Shown here: in pieces, positions 52,289 to 64,000 of the stretch
Numbering within the stretch: position 1 is the stretch's first letter
How the letters are laid out: every line of letters starts with the position of its first letter
Source of the DNA: Lingula anatina
Lineage: Eukaryota > Animalia > Brachiopoda
DNA: 64,000 nt
NCBI GenBank assembly: GCA_051362555.1
Contig: CM120648.1
Location: 9,730,587-9,794,586 of the forward strand
Direction: 5' to 3'
Position numbers and translations under genes: made by a program
The notes under the pieces: generated by a model
Seen by the model: the letters and a program-made list of their open reading frames with translations, nothing else
Told to the model about the DNA's origin: nothing
Database searches by the model: none

Positions 52289-53746
52289 GTATGAAAAAAG
52301 AAGCCCATTAAAGGATAAATGTAGGGTTGGGCACTGATTTGGCTATGTGAATAAACACTTGGATATATAAATGTAAATTGTAGTAATTTTAAATATTTTT
52401 GTTTAGTTAAATAATAACGGTCATATCATCTATTTGTTTTTTTTTAATTTGCCCAGAACTTTGTCGTTTTAAAAGGTACATACACTGTACGAACCGAGCA
52501 TCGGTGGAGCGTGGATTTCCAGAATCACATGTAAACCACTTCTACTAGTTTCTTATACGACTCAAATAAATTCGACATGCCAAGGGATAGTCTGAATAGA
52601 TCACTCGATCAGCCATTTAAGAGATCTAGACTGCTCCTTTCTTTAAATTTTTGGTCGGAAATTTAACCTACTTTCGTGACCTACTTTTCTGCCCCATTGA
52701 CATACAGCAGAGAATGCTAGAAGAAAAATCCTTTCTAACATCATTTTCGGGTAAAATTAATCAATGTCTTTTAGTAATTCTCTTAGTTATACTCCTTGAA
52801 ACTATACACTGGCATTTGGTTGGTTTTTGTGACAAAAAATTGACTTTGTATGCATCTTTAAAGCCACCTATCTTACAGGGTATTTATAGACCGTACCTAA
52901 CAGTAGATTGGCATGGTATGATTATTACAAGTTTTATAGCAAAAAGCATCCATTTTGTAGCAACAATTCATCCCTTTGTTACTTTTAAGTATTGAAATCG
53001 ATATTTGAGAAGGAATATTATGGATTTTGCTTATTAACCATGTTGGTGAATCATTCTATATTGAATTTTTATCATTTGTCCACACCACAAATTAGTTTTG
53101 ATTCAATTTAACAGTAACAAGACTTCCACTCTTGCTAAAATGATGAAATATTTCAAAAGGATATTTTATCTGCTATTTCAGAGTTTAAACGATTTCAAAA
53201 TACATTGTTTTACAGGCACATCAGTGTTTTAATATAATACTTTGTTCAAATTACAGAATATATGGGATTTTTAAAAATTAACTTGGTAAATTAGCGGCAA
53301 TTTGTATGGGAAAGCAAATTTAATGTTCAAGGAAGCCTGGAATGGCGAAGGTAATGCTATGCAATGAGTTATTTTATCACAGTGACGGTATCTCGTAGGA
53401 AGAATTAACTGCCATAGACATGATCCATTGTTCCAGGCACTGACTCTGTTGATGCTCAGTGTACCTGTGGCTGAGATTTGCCCACTCCTCGATTAAAGCT
53501 TGTCTCAGCTCATCCAGTGTACCCCCGTGGGCTTTAAAACAAGGCATTGACTTTGTCACCCTTCTTATCCGCAGGACGAAACTGACGTGCAACAGCAAGC
53601 ACCAGAGACTGATCTAAAAAGGTACAAGTGACTTTGATTAAGCTTAGATCTGTTACACAACACCTGTTGTGAATTACTTAGAGATGTTCTTCCGCTTCCG
53701 AAATTTTTTGAAAATTGTTCGTCATTGCTACAGCCAGCTTTACCAA

Positions 53747-53795
<49 letters not shown>

Positions 53796-54554
53796 GAGGG
53801 GGGATTAATACATTTTTGAAGCAATGATTATATCTTTATCTTTCGAAATGTTCCATAATTGAGCATGTGAGCACTGTATGTGTCTATTAATAACATACAT
53901 GTTGCGTAAAATTGATCTTTGCGGACGAATTATTAATTCCAGAGTGTTAACTATTGAAGCAAATTTATATGTTGTAGCATAACTTTAGAATTAGACATTT
54001 TAGGCATTTTCTTAGTACTGATGCCGAGAATTAGCAAAAAGCAAGACAATTTAAACGAATATTATATTATATTATATTATATTATATTATATTATATAAT
54101 GGTGCTCATTTACCCTATCAATACATCTATCAAATACAATCGATGTTCACATATAGCTATCCTTGTATTTCACCAATAATGATATTGTTAGCCTGTAGTA
54201 ACTTTACTTCGTCTCAGTATTATGAATAAAGAAAACATTATTTATCCTTTCTCTGTTGATATTTTAATGTTTTAATATAATTTTTATAATAATTTTAAAA
54301 TTAAAATTTGGATTTTATTTCTATTTCAACTTAAACATGAATAAAAAGCTATTTAACCAGCACAAAACTTTGAGAATATAATGAAAAGAAATGCGCTGAG
54401 AACGTTCAAAAAACGAAGAAGCACAGGTATGTTTAAAAAAAAGAAAAGAAAGCATTCATGAAAATATTTTTAAAAAATACGTTATTTTACAGATTTCAGT
54501 TATTATCACATTTAATAGACCCTATAATAAATTATACTAATTTGTTAAGAAATA

Positions 54555-54726
54555 TCAGAACTGATTGTCAATCCTGTCCAAAACCCGACCCAATTTGACG
54601 AGGTCAACAATCACGTTACCATTCCGTGTTTCCGCTTTGTTATAAATTCTCCAATACGACTGATTCAACATATTGCACATGGACCAAAAGATCGTGTGAG
54701 CGATTCCCTGGGGCAGATGGTTACCC
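54555..54726 (-). pseudogene. GT61 3' remnant, unit 4
   Basis: Nearly identical to 39834-40005 with the same deletion junction. Confidence 0.9.
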
Positions 54727-55698
54727 GTGCCTACTTTTGAAAAAAAAAAAAAAAATAAATGCGCAGAGCATTATGTTCAATGCATTATTTCACTTTCAGT
54801 TTTTTTAGTTCGTATTATGAATGTTTGTAGGCGATATGCGTAGGCTAGTAGAAGAGGGAAGGGTTCGGTTATAAGAACCACAGTTTTGGCCGAAAAAAAG
54901 TCCCCCCTGAATCAAAAGCTGTGTCAACGATGTAGATAAAAAGATCCACATTTTTTTCAAAAAAGTCCCCCCTCCCTTGGAATTGGTGACTTCAAGCCTT
55001 AATTGAGTACTTACAAAAATAATAATTGATAAAAGTAAAATAAATAAATAAATAAGCATTTAAATGTGACAGGCCCGTAGCCAGAAATTTTAAAAGGGGG
55101 TTCTTTTTCTGAAAAGGTGGACTTTTTACTATGAAACCTTCATGTACCCATATAAAATGTTACCCAGACGGGACCTTTTCCCGTCAAAAAAGGGGTTCTT
55201 TCGAATATCCCCCCTCTCCGGCTACGGGTCTGTAGGATAACCTACAGTCACCAGTTTCTCAGTCAAACGTTGCGCGCGGTCACTTTACAGACGACCTGAC
55301 GACCTGGTTTTGTTTAAAATCAAATCGTCCGCTTAATTACTTAACATACTGATTTTAATCTACATTCGTTAAAACAATTGCTATGAATGTTAATGATGTA
55401 ATAGAATAAGTTTGTCCCCTTTGTTTCAAATGTGTTTGCCATTTCGCTCCAAGCCGAACGTATTCGGTCTTGCCACCATCAGAATGCATTTATCATATTC
55501 ACCGAATACTTTTGTCCGCATCTAATATAATTTTTTTGCCACTGTAATCAGAATGTTAAATCATTCATAATTCTTTGGAAGTAATGCCAACTAACCAACT
55601 TATGCGGACGCCATTTTGTGACAGGTATGCTGTATGGAATAGTTAAAAGATGAACAGGATTTTCTTATATTAATATTCACTGTACGGGGTGTACATAC

Positions 55699-55920
55699 CT
55701 GTTCTTTACCAAGGACACTATCCCAAGTCAACTAATCAAGTAGTTCCTCTTTCTTAGTTTCTTAAAAAACGGTTTTAAACTGCCTCAGTTACCACAGTAA
55801 GCCTAAGCCCCCTAGAAGTCAGCAGCCATACCACCTGGTTAGAGGGATGAAAACCGTTCGTTTTGGGGTTAAAAACTTGGGGAAATGACATATTAACCAA
55901 TGGTTAATGAATCCATTCCG
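55699..55920 (-). promoter_or_regulatory. Orphan GT61 first-exon/promoter block, unit 4
   Basis: Paralogous block with the donor (acatac|ctg) intact. Confidence 0.5.
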
Positions 55921-56018
55921 ACATTCAAAGTTAATTCATGTTTTTTTTCTCAAAAGTTTGTTTTTTTATAATAAATTCTTAAGAGATTATTACGGAGGTA
56001 TAGCCATCTATGAAAACC

Positions 56019-56335
56019 CAGGCCTACCCAACTACCAGACTTGGCACCGAATGATCCTGAATTCACCGGTAGATCTGACCACACTACCCGTTTTCAAGGT
56101 GTGTGTCAGATCGCATTACACAGTATCAGACGCGACACCGCTCTTGCCTAGTACGCGATGTGATATTGACGATTCTCAGCGGAGTTGAAAAGTATTGCAT
56201 CACCACTCAAAATTTGTTCAGGGTATGATACTGTGTAATTCGATCTGACACACACCTTGAAAACGGATAGTGTGGTCTGATCTACCGGTGAATTCAGGAT
56301 CATTCGGTGCCGAGTCTGGTAGTTGGGTAGGCCTG
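56019..56335. mobile_element. ~317-bp MITE with ~110-bp TIRs
   Basis: caggcctacccaactaccagac...gtctggtagttgggtaggcctg inserted in tatgaaaacccatgtgg (empty at ~23604 and ~41290). The TSD reads as 6, 8 or 10 bp depending on the chosen termini. Confidence 0.9.
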
Positions 56336-57565
56336 AAAACCCATGTGGTCTAATGGTAAGCACATATTGCAATAGCTATTGTTTTGTAGGTAAAATGGAG
56401 TTCATTATAAATATCTGTGAGTTTTAAAAATATTTTTATTGTGAATGTGAAACTAATTGAAATAATGTTATCCCTTTAACTTTGGCGATATGCTTATTCA
56501 AGATAGGCATGCTCTTATGTAATTTATGTGATTAATTCAAATTATAAACGATTATGTGCTTGTGGCTGTTTTCATCTTTTTTTCAAGCCGGCTGCGATTT
56601 TCTCTTCATACGTGTACTAAGCAAAAGAAATGGCCTGGATTTTCCATTCCTGGATTCACCTTTTTATTCATAACATTAAATTTTTCCAGTTGGGTGTTTT
56701 GTCTTCAGAGTTGACATTAGTGGTGTAATTTAAAATACTTTCACTCCCAAACTGATTTTTAAAACTCTACCTGCAAATCCACACAGTAATTACAAGTGTT
56801 CTGATTTTAATTCTGCAGTTAGGAATGTTTGTCACTGAATCTGGTGTTAAGTGCGTTTGTAGACGAACTGGTACGCGCAGAATTTCTAATGCATTCTGCA
56901 TTTACATCACATAACATTAATGAATGATAATCAATCCAGCCAGCCATTGGGATTTGTCATGTTGGGTTCGTTCACAATTAATCTGTCGTACCAGCTTGTG
57001 CGCACCAAGTCCACGGGGAGTCCCGCTGAATGCAATCAGACTGACAGATTAGCACGCTTTCTCCTGGCGTTGAGTGGAATACGAAAAGGATGGTGATTAT
57101 ATGTCTTAGTTTTCGGCCTGACATGCTGACGGTAAGGGTATCATTAGCAATGGCTAAAACCTCCCTGCAACCCTAGGTCCAGACCATATGTTTTCGGTCT
57201 AGCATGGTAAAAAAGTGCATTTTATTACGATTCCTTATTACTATTTCCAAATATGTTTTTACTCGCGCTACTTATGTATTTGTCTGGTCTTAAACTTTCG
57301 TAAAATGTGCTAGAGCTTGTAAAGATTATCATTTCTATTATCATAAATGGTACCGGCTGTGCTTGGCACCCAGGGGCTAAACAGGGATAAAGTTCATGTC
57401 TCCCCGAAACGTGCCATACTGTCAAACATATTCAGGTTTAACGCATGCTTAGGAGCTAGCAAGCTAAACCCATTGAAAAAATGAGACAAATCAGGCGCTT
57501 AGAAACGTGTTTAGGAGCTAAACACTGATTTCGCAGTGAATGGGACCAATTTCACCGGTACAAAG

Positions 57566-57815
57566 CAGGCGCGGATCCAGGATTATTTGAAGGGGGTGGG
57601 GGTGGGGGGGTCCGCGGCGTGGGGTTCGGGGCCCGTTTAAGGGCCCTGAAAAAGTTGGTATTTAAGAGGGCAAATGGTGCCATTTGGTACGGTTTAGAAC
57701 TATGATTCATCTAGTCAAAATTATAATTTCAAGAGGGGACCATTGCTGTGATTTTTTTTTCAGAAATCGAAAGGGGGTCAGGACCCCCCTGACTCCCCCT
57801 CTAAATCCGCCACTA
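57566..57815. mobile_element. CAGG-type MITE (caggcgcggatccag...ctaaatccgccacta)
   Basis: Degenerate TIRs, caaag/gaaag flanks, G-rich interior. Confidence 0.5.
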
Positions 57816-58545
57816 GAAAGATGTTCATGACGTGTCTAAGACCATGCATGCTATATAGGATTGAAAAAGTAAAAGAACACCCCCCCCCCCCAAAAAAAAA
57901 AAAATAAATAATAATAAGAGTAATTAGATGGTTAGGGAAACCTTAGGGACGGAAAGGTTTGGTGAAAAAGCGATGCATTCTTCACTTTACAGTTGTACGT
58001 CGACAGGAAACTCGAACTGCATTGTGGGGGGGGGGGGGGGGGGGGAGAGCGTGAACTCATGGCGCGAAGGCTCTTGAACACAAATAATGACTACCTGCTG
58101 TGTTTCAAGTTGCAGAAATGATAGAAGGTATCGAGAAAGGTAATTGCCCGCTAATTTTACAATCATGGACCAGAGTGTGTGATCGTCGAGGTTATTCTCC
58201 ATTATTCGGATACTCGCTGTTTTTGTTTTGCTGTATTTTTTCCCACAATACAATTCTCACGCATGCGCGCAGCGATTTTGTAAGTATCTGTAAAGTGGTG
58301 AATGGTATGTAAATGTCGGCAGGAGGGAAGAAACGTAGGGCTATGTACCGGTAGGGCAAAGAATGCTGGCAATGAAACCACCAGGAAAGAGAAATCGAGG
58401 GAGACCAAAGAAAAGGTTCTTGCAAGCTTTAAAAGAGGATATGCAGGGGGCAGGATTAAGGAGAGCCAAAGGCAGGACCGGTGGAGGTAGAGGCGTACCA
58501 TGCGCCGACCCCCTGAGAAGGGTCAAGGCCGATAGTCGAAGAAGT
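57816..58545 (+). mobile_element. Fragmented RTE-clade LINE 3' end
   Basis: MFMTCLRPCMLYRIE; VRETLGTERFGEK; MLAMKPPGKRNRGRPKKRFLQALKEDM...QDRWR, then a gaagaag tail. Confidence 0.75.
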
Positions 58546-58643
58546 TGTTTGTCTCACATAAAGGGGCACTGGAGTAGTACATCTGTATAGCAATATAATA
58601 CTGGCATTTGATCAATGAACAGGATAAAATTGGAAAGCTTCCC

Positions 58644-58678
<35 letters not shown>

Positions 58679-61600
58679 GTGTTGGGGGGGGGGGGGGGCA
58701 GAGATGGACGAAAAGTGAGCTTCTAAGAGGTACATGTAAGCAACCATGATTGCTGGACGTTTTAAATTGAGAATGTTTAAGCCAAACATTCCCTTCAAAG
58801 TGCGGAAATCTGGACACAAAGGAGATTCTAAATACATTTGAAATAGCTGCCAGTGGATCCAAGATTATTCTTCAGTTTCATGTCTATTATACCGTGTTAC
58901 ATGTAATACCTTAGCAATTTCTACATAGGCCCTGTACGTAATGAAAGATGTCTTTTCCGACGGATTATCCTTCAGATTTGGTGTAAGGCATTTGTTTGCG
59001 ACATAAACGGGATCACTATAATGCGGGGATTCAGCAAAACACTGTAATACAGAATGAAATTAATTACAGAATAAAATTCTGGCTAAAATATGTTGTTAAA
59101 TGGGTATATTCACATTACATAATTTTTAACTTAACAGGAGATGGGACAATTATTATTGAATGAACTTGATCCTTTTAAAGCTTTTTTTCTGATGAATAAA
59201 ATAAATTTACAACTTACCTCATCAGGTATTTTTATTAGCTCAAACAAATGACTCTACTAAGCTTTGGCATAATTTGATTAAAAGTACGGGTACAGAGGGA
59301 GCTAGCAACGGTGGAGCGTGGATTCCAAGTAACGCATATAAACCACTTCTACTAGTTATTACATGACTCAAATGAAGTCGACATGCCAAGGGAGAAACTG
59401 AATTAATCACTTGATGATCCAAAAGAGCTGTAAGCTGTATAATCTTCAAATTTGGCCAATTTATATACAGGGCAGAAAGCAAGCAAAAAAAAAAAAAATA
59501 ATAATAAAAAAATAAATAAAATAAAATAAAATAATAATAATAAAAAAAATAATAAAAATAAATAAAAATCATTCAAATGTCAATTTTTGGGGTAATGTGA
59601 GAAGGAGTCGTTTGTTATCACTCTTTGTTATATTAGTTGTACTATTTTTAAAAAACTTTATTTTGGCATTTGGTTGGCTTTTGTGGAAAAATTGACCTCA
59701 TATGCATCTTTCAAGTAAGAAGTTTTTGACATATAGTATTGCCATGAAATAAAAAAATCAGATAATACTTTGGCAAGTTATTACTGAAATTACTTCTATT
59801 ACTGTTACCAGATACAAATGAGTGATGAAAAACTTTGGTTCTAATGGCCATAAGAAGATTGTCCCTTAGATTTGTTTCAAGACACATATAAAAGCTGTTA
59901 TAAAATACGGCCTAAAATGGGTGCTAATTGAGTACGCCTGCCATGAATAACGAATAATATCTTGACCACTGTAACCACATACAAATAATCTTCCAGACAA
60001 CGTAAGCACTGCGTCATAACTAAAAAGATTTTACCAAAAGCCGGTTTTCGCCAGTTTTTCAAAAAAATCAAACACAAGATGAAAATTTTTCATACCGTTA
60101 GCTTACGACCAATCTGGACGTAGGCCTTCATTGGACTGATGTGGGACGATGTTGACACGAGGTATAGCTACCAGGACCCTCACAAATGTCAGGTAGATAG
60201 ACGTCACCGTTGTGTTTGATAATTTTCATTTATTATCCAACTACCAAGCTAATGAACATTTTTGCTAAAAAAAAAAGATTTATCACTAGTGAGTAACTTA
60301 TTATAGCTTGATAGCAGTCGTGAGCTCTTCCCAACTTTGAAAAGAAGTGAATGAACGATTAAAAGTTTAACTGGCCACTTGGTTTGCTCAGAGATCCCTT
60401 CTCTCAGATTTTTGAGCCACATTTCTCATCTCTCATATGCAGTCCTCATTGATGGTAATTGCTGTGTGCGACCACTAGCCTCGGTTTTGTCAGCACGAAT
60501 GCCGAATTACTTAAGAACCACAATTTCGCAATTTCATGGCACGAACTTTAAATTAGTGACCACGAACAACGCATCAAATTGTTTGTACGAACTCTATCAA
60601 GCACGCAGTGGTTTACCAAGTGTATTTGACAGCGTTGGTATTAAATGTGTTTAAGTCATAATAACTCTTCGTTTTGGCCAAAAATTGGATTTTCCTTGAG
60701 TAAACGGCAATTTTCCCATACTTACCAATGGTCAACGATCCCTACTTAAAACTGCGGGAAAAGCAGACAGCATTAAATGTGTTAACACAAATTTTTGTCT
60801 ATTTGTGGTAAATAATTAGCTCATTTATCTATTTGATTAAAGGCATTAAAACGAGAAAAAACAAGTGTATTTATCTGAAATATATAAAAAAAATCATCTG
60901 AATATGATACAGGGTTATTTAAGGTATATTGTCCTTTTCTTGGCAAAAGCTTTCAGGAGTTTTGCTTCACCTGGTACTAAAATTAGCCCATATTGTATTA
61001 CCGCAGAAATGATATCAAACCCAATTTAAGTTACGGAGGAAACAGGAGTCAATTTAAAAGCATCTTTGCAGACATAAGACCTATTCTAAAGTAACGCTTT
61101 TTCTAGATCCTCTGCAGCCACATTTCTTCTTAGAACCTGTCAAGTTAACAGTGCCATCTGAAATGAACATGTTCATCTATGTAAAATCCATCTGGCAAAT
61201 ATGCCATTTTTATCTGTTTATCTGTTTTTTTTTAACTTTATTATTATTATTATTATTGCAAAATAATAATAATTTATTATTATTATTATTATTGCAAAAT
61301 AATAATAATTAATTATTATTATTATTACAAAATTAGGTAAAGATATTTCGCTGAATTAATTGGTTTTGTTGGGGTTCTGAGGTCTGCATGGAATTAAATA
61401 GCGACATTCATGCAATTTCATAACATTGTCGGTTGGTGTTTAGCCCAGTGCGTATGTGCATTGGTAACGCAACTCGAGTGGTGTCCCAATTACGGACACC
61501 GACATCCCCTGGTTAATCAATAACGTAATGGCCAACATTATACTAATTAACATTTCCGACCGCTTCTCCGAAATGGAAAACTCGAAATAAGAATCCGATT

Positions 61601-62239
61601 ACACACCTACTGTTATTCTGGGCAGAAACCACCAAATAATTTCCCATTGACGACCATACTAAGAAATGCCTGCAAAGCTGCATGAACAAAATAACTGGGT
61701 GAAACATTTTCATCCCCATGGATTCCAGACACACTGACATAACTCCCAATGGCACAAAAATATACTGTCACCAGACATTATTTCCTACCGGCATTACTTG
61801 AACATGTGCACCCCTCTTCTGTAAACAAACCACTGCCCCACGCCACAGGTCTCACGACTGCACCGCACCTGTGCCTGGTCCTGAAAAAAAAAAAAAAAAA
61901 AAAAAAACTGGCAGTAGTTTACACCCTAGCCTGCTAGCTGATACCAAAATTACCTAGAAACAAAACCCTAGCAACACACAAGAAATACCAGGAAAAAAGG
62001 AAAAATCCACTAATTTTCTCTCACTGAACTACATTCATCTATAACAGTCGGTTATTGGCCTATTTAGTGGTTTCTGCCCTTCTGTCAAATGATGTCTCGA
62101 AATGCATCTAACTCATTGGCTAAGGTGGATGCAACGCTGCTGGTGGGTTGTGACATAAATTATACCAAGGGGTCGTGAGCGGAATATATAATTCAACGAA
62201 CGCTACTCTTTGTCACACATTTCTTTATTCGGAAACACG

Positions 62240-63836
62240 ATGATCATCCGCATTACTTTATGCATACTGGCCTTTGTACAACCGACAGCTGTGCTGCTTA
62301 TGATTCTAGAAAATGGTCACACCGCTGGATCCACACAAGAGTCACCCAATTTAGAGATCTGGCCGCTTGCAAGAACCACTAGGGAAACACCCTTTTCTGG
62401 AAGTGGAGTGCCAAAAGAGACAACGAAGTCTCCCACGAATGAGGGCGGGATGCACGAGGGAATCATGCAGGAATCGGCCACTACTGAGGGTGAAATGCAC
62501 GAGGAAATCACGCAGGAATCGCTCACTACTGAGAGTGAAATGCACGAGGGAATCACGCAGGAATCGGCCACTACTGAGAGTGAAATGCACGAGGAAATCA
62601 CGCAGGAATCGGCCACTACTGAGGGTGAAATGCACGAGGAAATCACGCAGGAAATGGCCACTACCGAGAATGAAATGCACGAGGGAATCACGCAGGAATC
62701 GGCCACTACTGATCATGAGAGTGAAATGAACGAGGGAATCACACAAGAATCGGCCACTACTGAGGGTAGAAAGCACGGGGGAATCACGCTGGGGCCGTTC
62801 AATCAAGAGGATATCCTACTTGAAAGTTGGAACAACGGCAGTAAATCCTCAGAATCAGCGAAGAGGTCCTCTTCTTACTCTGACGAAAGTCTGCCTGCGA
62901 ACAAATGGCTATGTGTAATTCAGGGAATGCGTGTAAGCAGCATCAAGGTCTACTGCAACTGCGACCCTCAGTGCGTCCTGTATGGCGACTGCTGTTATGG
63001 ACTGACTGAAAATATGACGGTGTGCGCCGCCTCTGTCAGATTAACAAAGGCAAAAAATACATTGCAACTTGTAGCAACTCCTGCATGTAATATAACAGAA
63101 ACTCCCAGTAGTAACACCACTTCTACTGCATCTTCTAACAAAACGTGCTCTTGGACAAGGCAGAAAAAACAAGTCGATCCTACGGTTATTTCCCTCGTAC
63201 ATAAAAGCTCTTGTAGAAGAAGCCCAGCATTACATCGACAAAACCAACAAACCATCTTACCCCATTTGGACACTTTTGGACTGAGTTTTTGGATGGTTGA
63301 CGAATGCCCGTCATCTTGGAAAGAAGAGGAAAGTCGCATCAAGTGTACTGATACTTCAAATGCCAGTCTCTCAGAGGACGCCATCTTGCACCGGCCAGTC
63401 ACCGACCCAGCTACAGAGATCACCTTCAGAAACAAGTACTGTGCAGCGTGTAATGGTATCGCAAACGGCTGGGACCCGTGGGAACTTGTCGTCTTCTGCC
63501 TGGGGGAAGACGCTGGGCATTTTGCTAATTGCAGGTCCTCATCTTGTGTTATAAAAAAACTGGAAGCTGCTGGTTGCAGTGGTATGTTTGAGCCCAAACA
63601 GGAGTGGAAGGTGAAGACTTGCTTCCGGGATGTTGAGAACCATGCGTTTGGTCCTTGTCGGTTCAGATATACCAATGGAAGTCCATATCGTTTGCCTCGT
63701 CCACTCCCTCTGCACTCAGCCTTACGAGATGCCTGTATGGCGTACAACAACCCTGTTGTCATAAGTGGCTTGGATCAAAGTTACAAGAACGTTCACTGTC
63801 TACTTTGTTATGTAGGTCCAGTTAAAGTCTGCGAAG
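62240..63836 (+). CDS. Repeat/SMB/Cys-rich surface protein C, exon 1 (gene continues beyond the window)
   Basis: Third paralog; 7 full repeats plus a partial (62441-~62797); donor g|gtaagt. Confidence 0.9.
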
Positions 63837-64000
63837 GTAAGTGGTGCGTTTTGCTGTTCCTTTTTCTAAATTTATCTTTTGAATAGTATAGGTGATTCAT
63901 TTCCGTTCTCCTGTAGTAGCAAGCAAAACTGGATAGGGGTAATTTTCCAAAAGTATATTTACTGCCGAGCATCGCTTAAAGATCTACGTAGAGCTACGTA

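Noticed and set aside
62995-63762. 255-aa antisense ORF in gene C (and 35200-35700 in A)
   Set aside because: It is broken by stops in the paralogs and has no recognisable features.
33914-64000. Array as a haplotype or assembly artefact
   Set aside because: The units differ by many substitutions, by repeat number and by unit-specific transposon insertions, although read-depth confirmation would still be useful.

Overview
This is AT-rich eukaryotic genomic DNA with spliceosomal introns, from an invertebrate animal (probably lophotrochozoan or mollusc-like; inferred). 1-9.1 kb holds the 3' half of an Eph receptor tyrosine kinase gene (juxtamembrane, kinase, SAM, PDZ-type tail), candidate juxtamembrane microexons and a long 3'UTR. 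10-64 kb is a tandem array of a divergently arranged two-gene module: a minus-strand glycosyltransferase family 61 (DUF563)-like gene and a plus-strand secreted, probably GPI-anchored protein. That protein has a 15-aa acidic His/Met/Thr repeat (about 14, 44 and 8 copies in paralogs A, B and C), a somatomedin-B-like motif and a Cys-rich domain. Two GT61 genes are intact (493 aa each). The other two survive only as a predicted promoter/first exon plus a 56-codon 3' remnant after a shared deletion. Because paralogous units provide empty sites, several non-autonomous DNA transposons can be delimited exactly (TTAA/Kolobok-like, CAGG-ended with 5-6 bp TSDs, Tc1-like). RTE LINE fragments are also present. 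Exon coordinates were read by eye from GT/AG sites and reading-frame continuity; no database searches were run.
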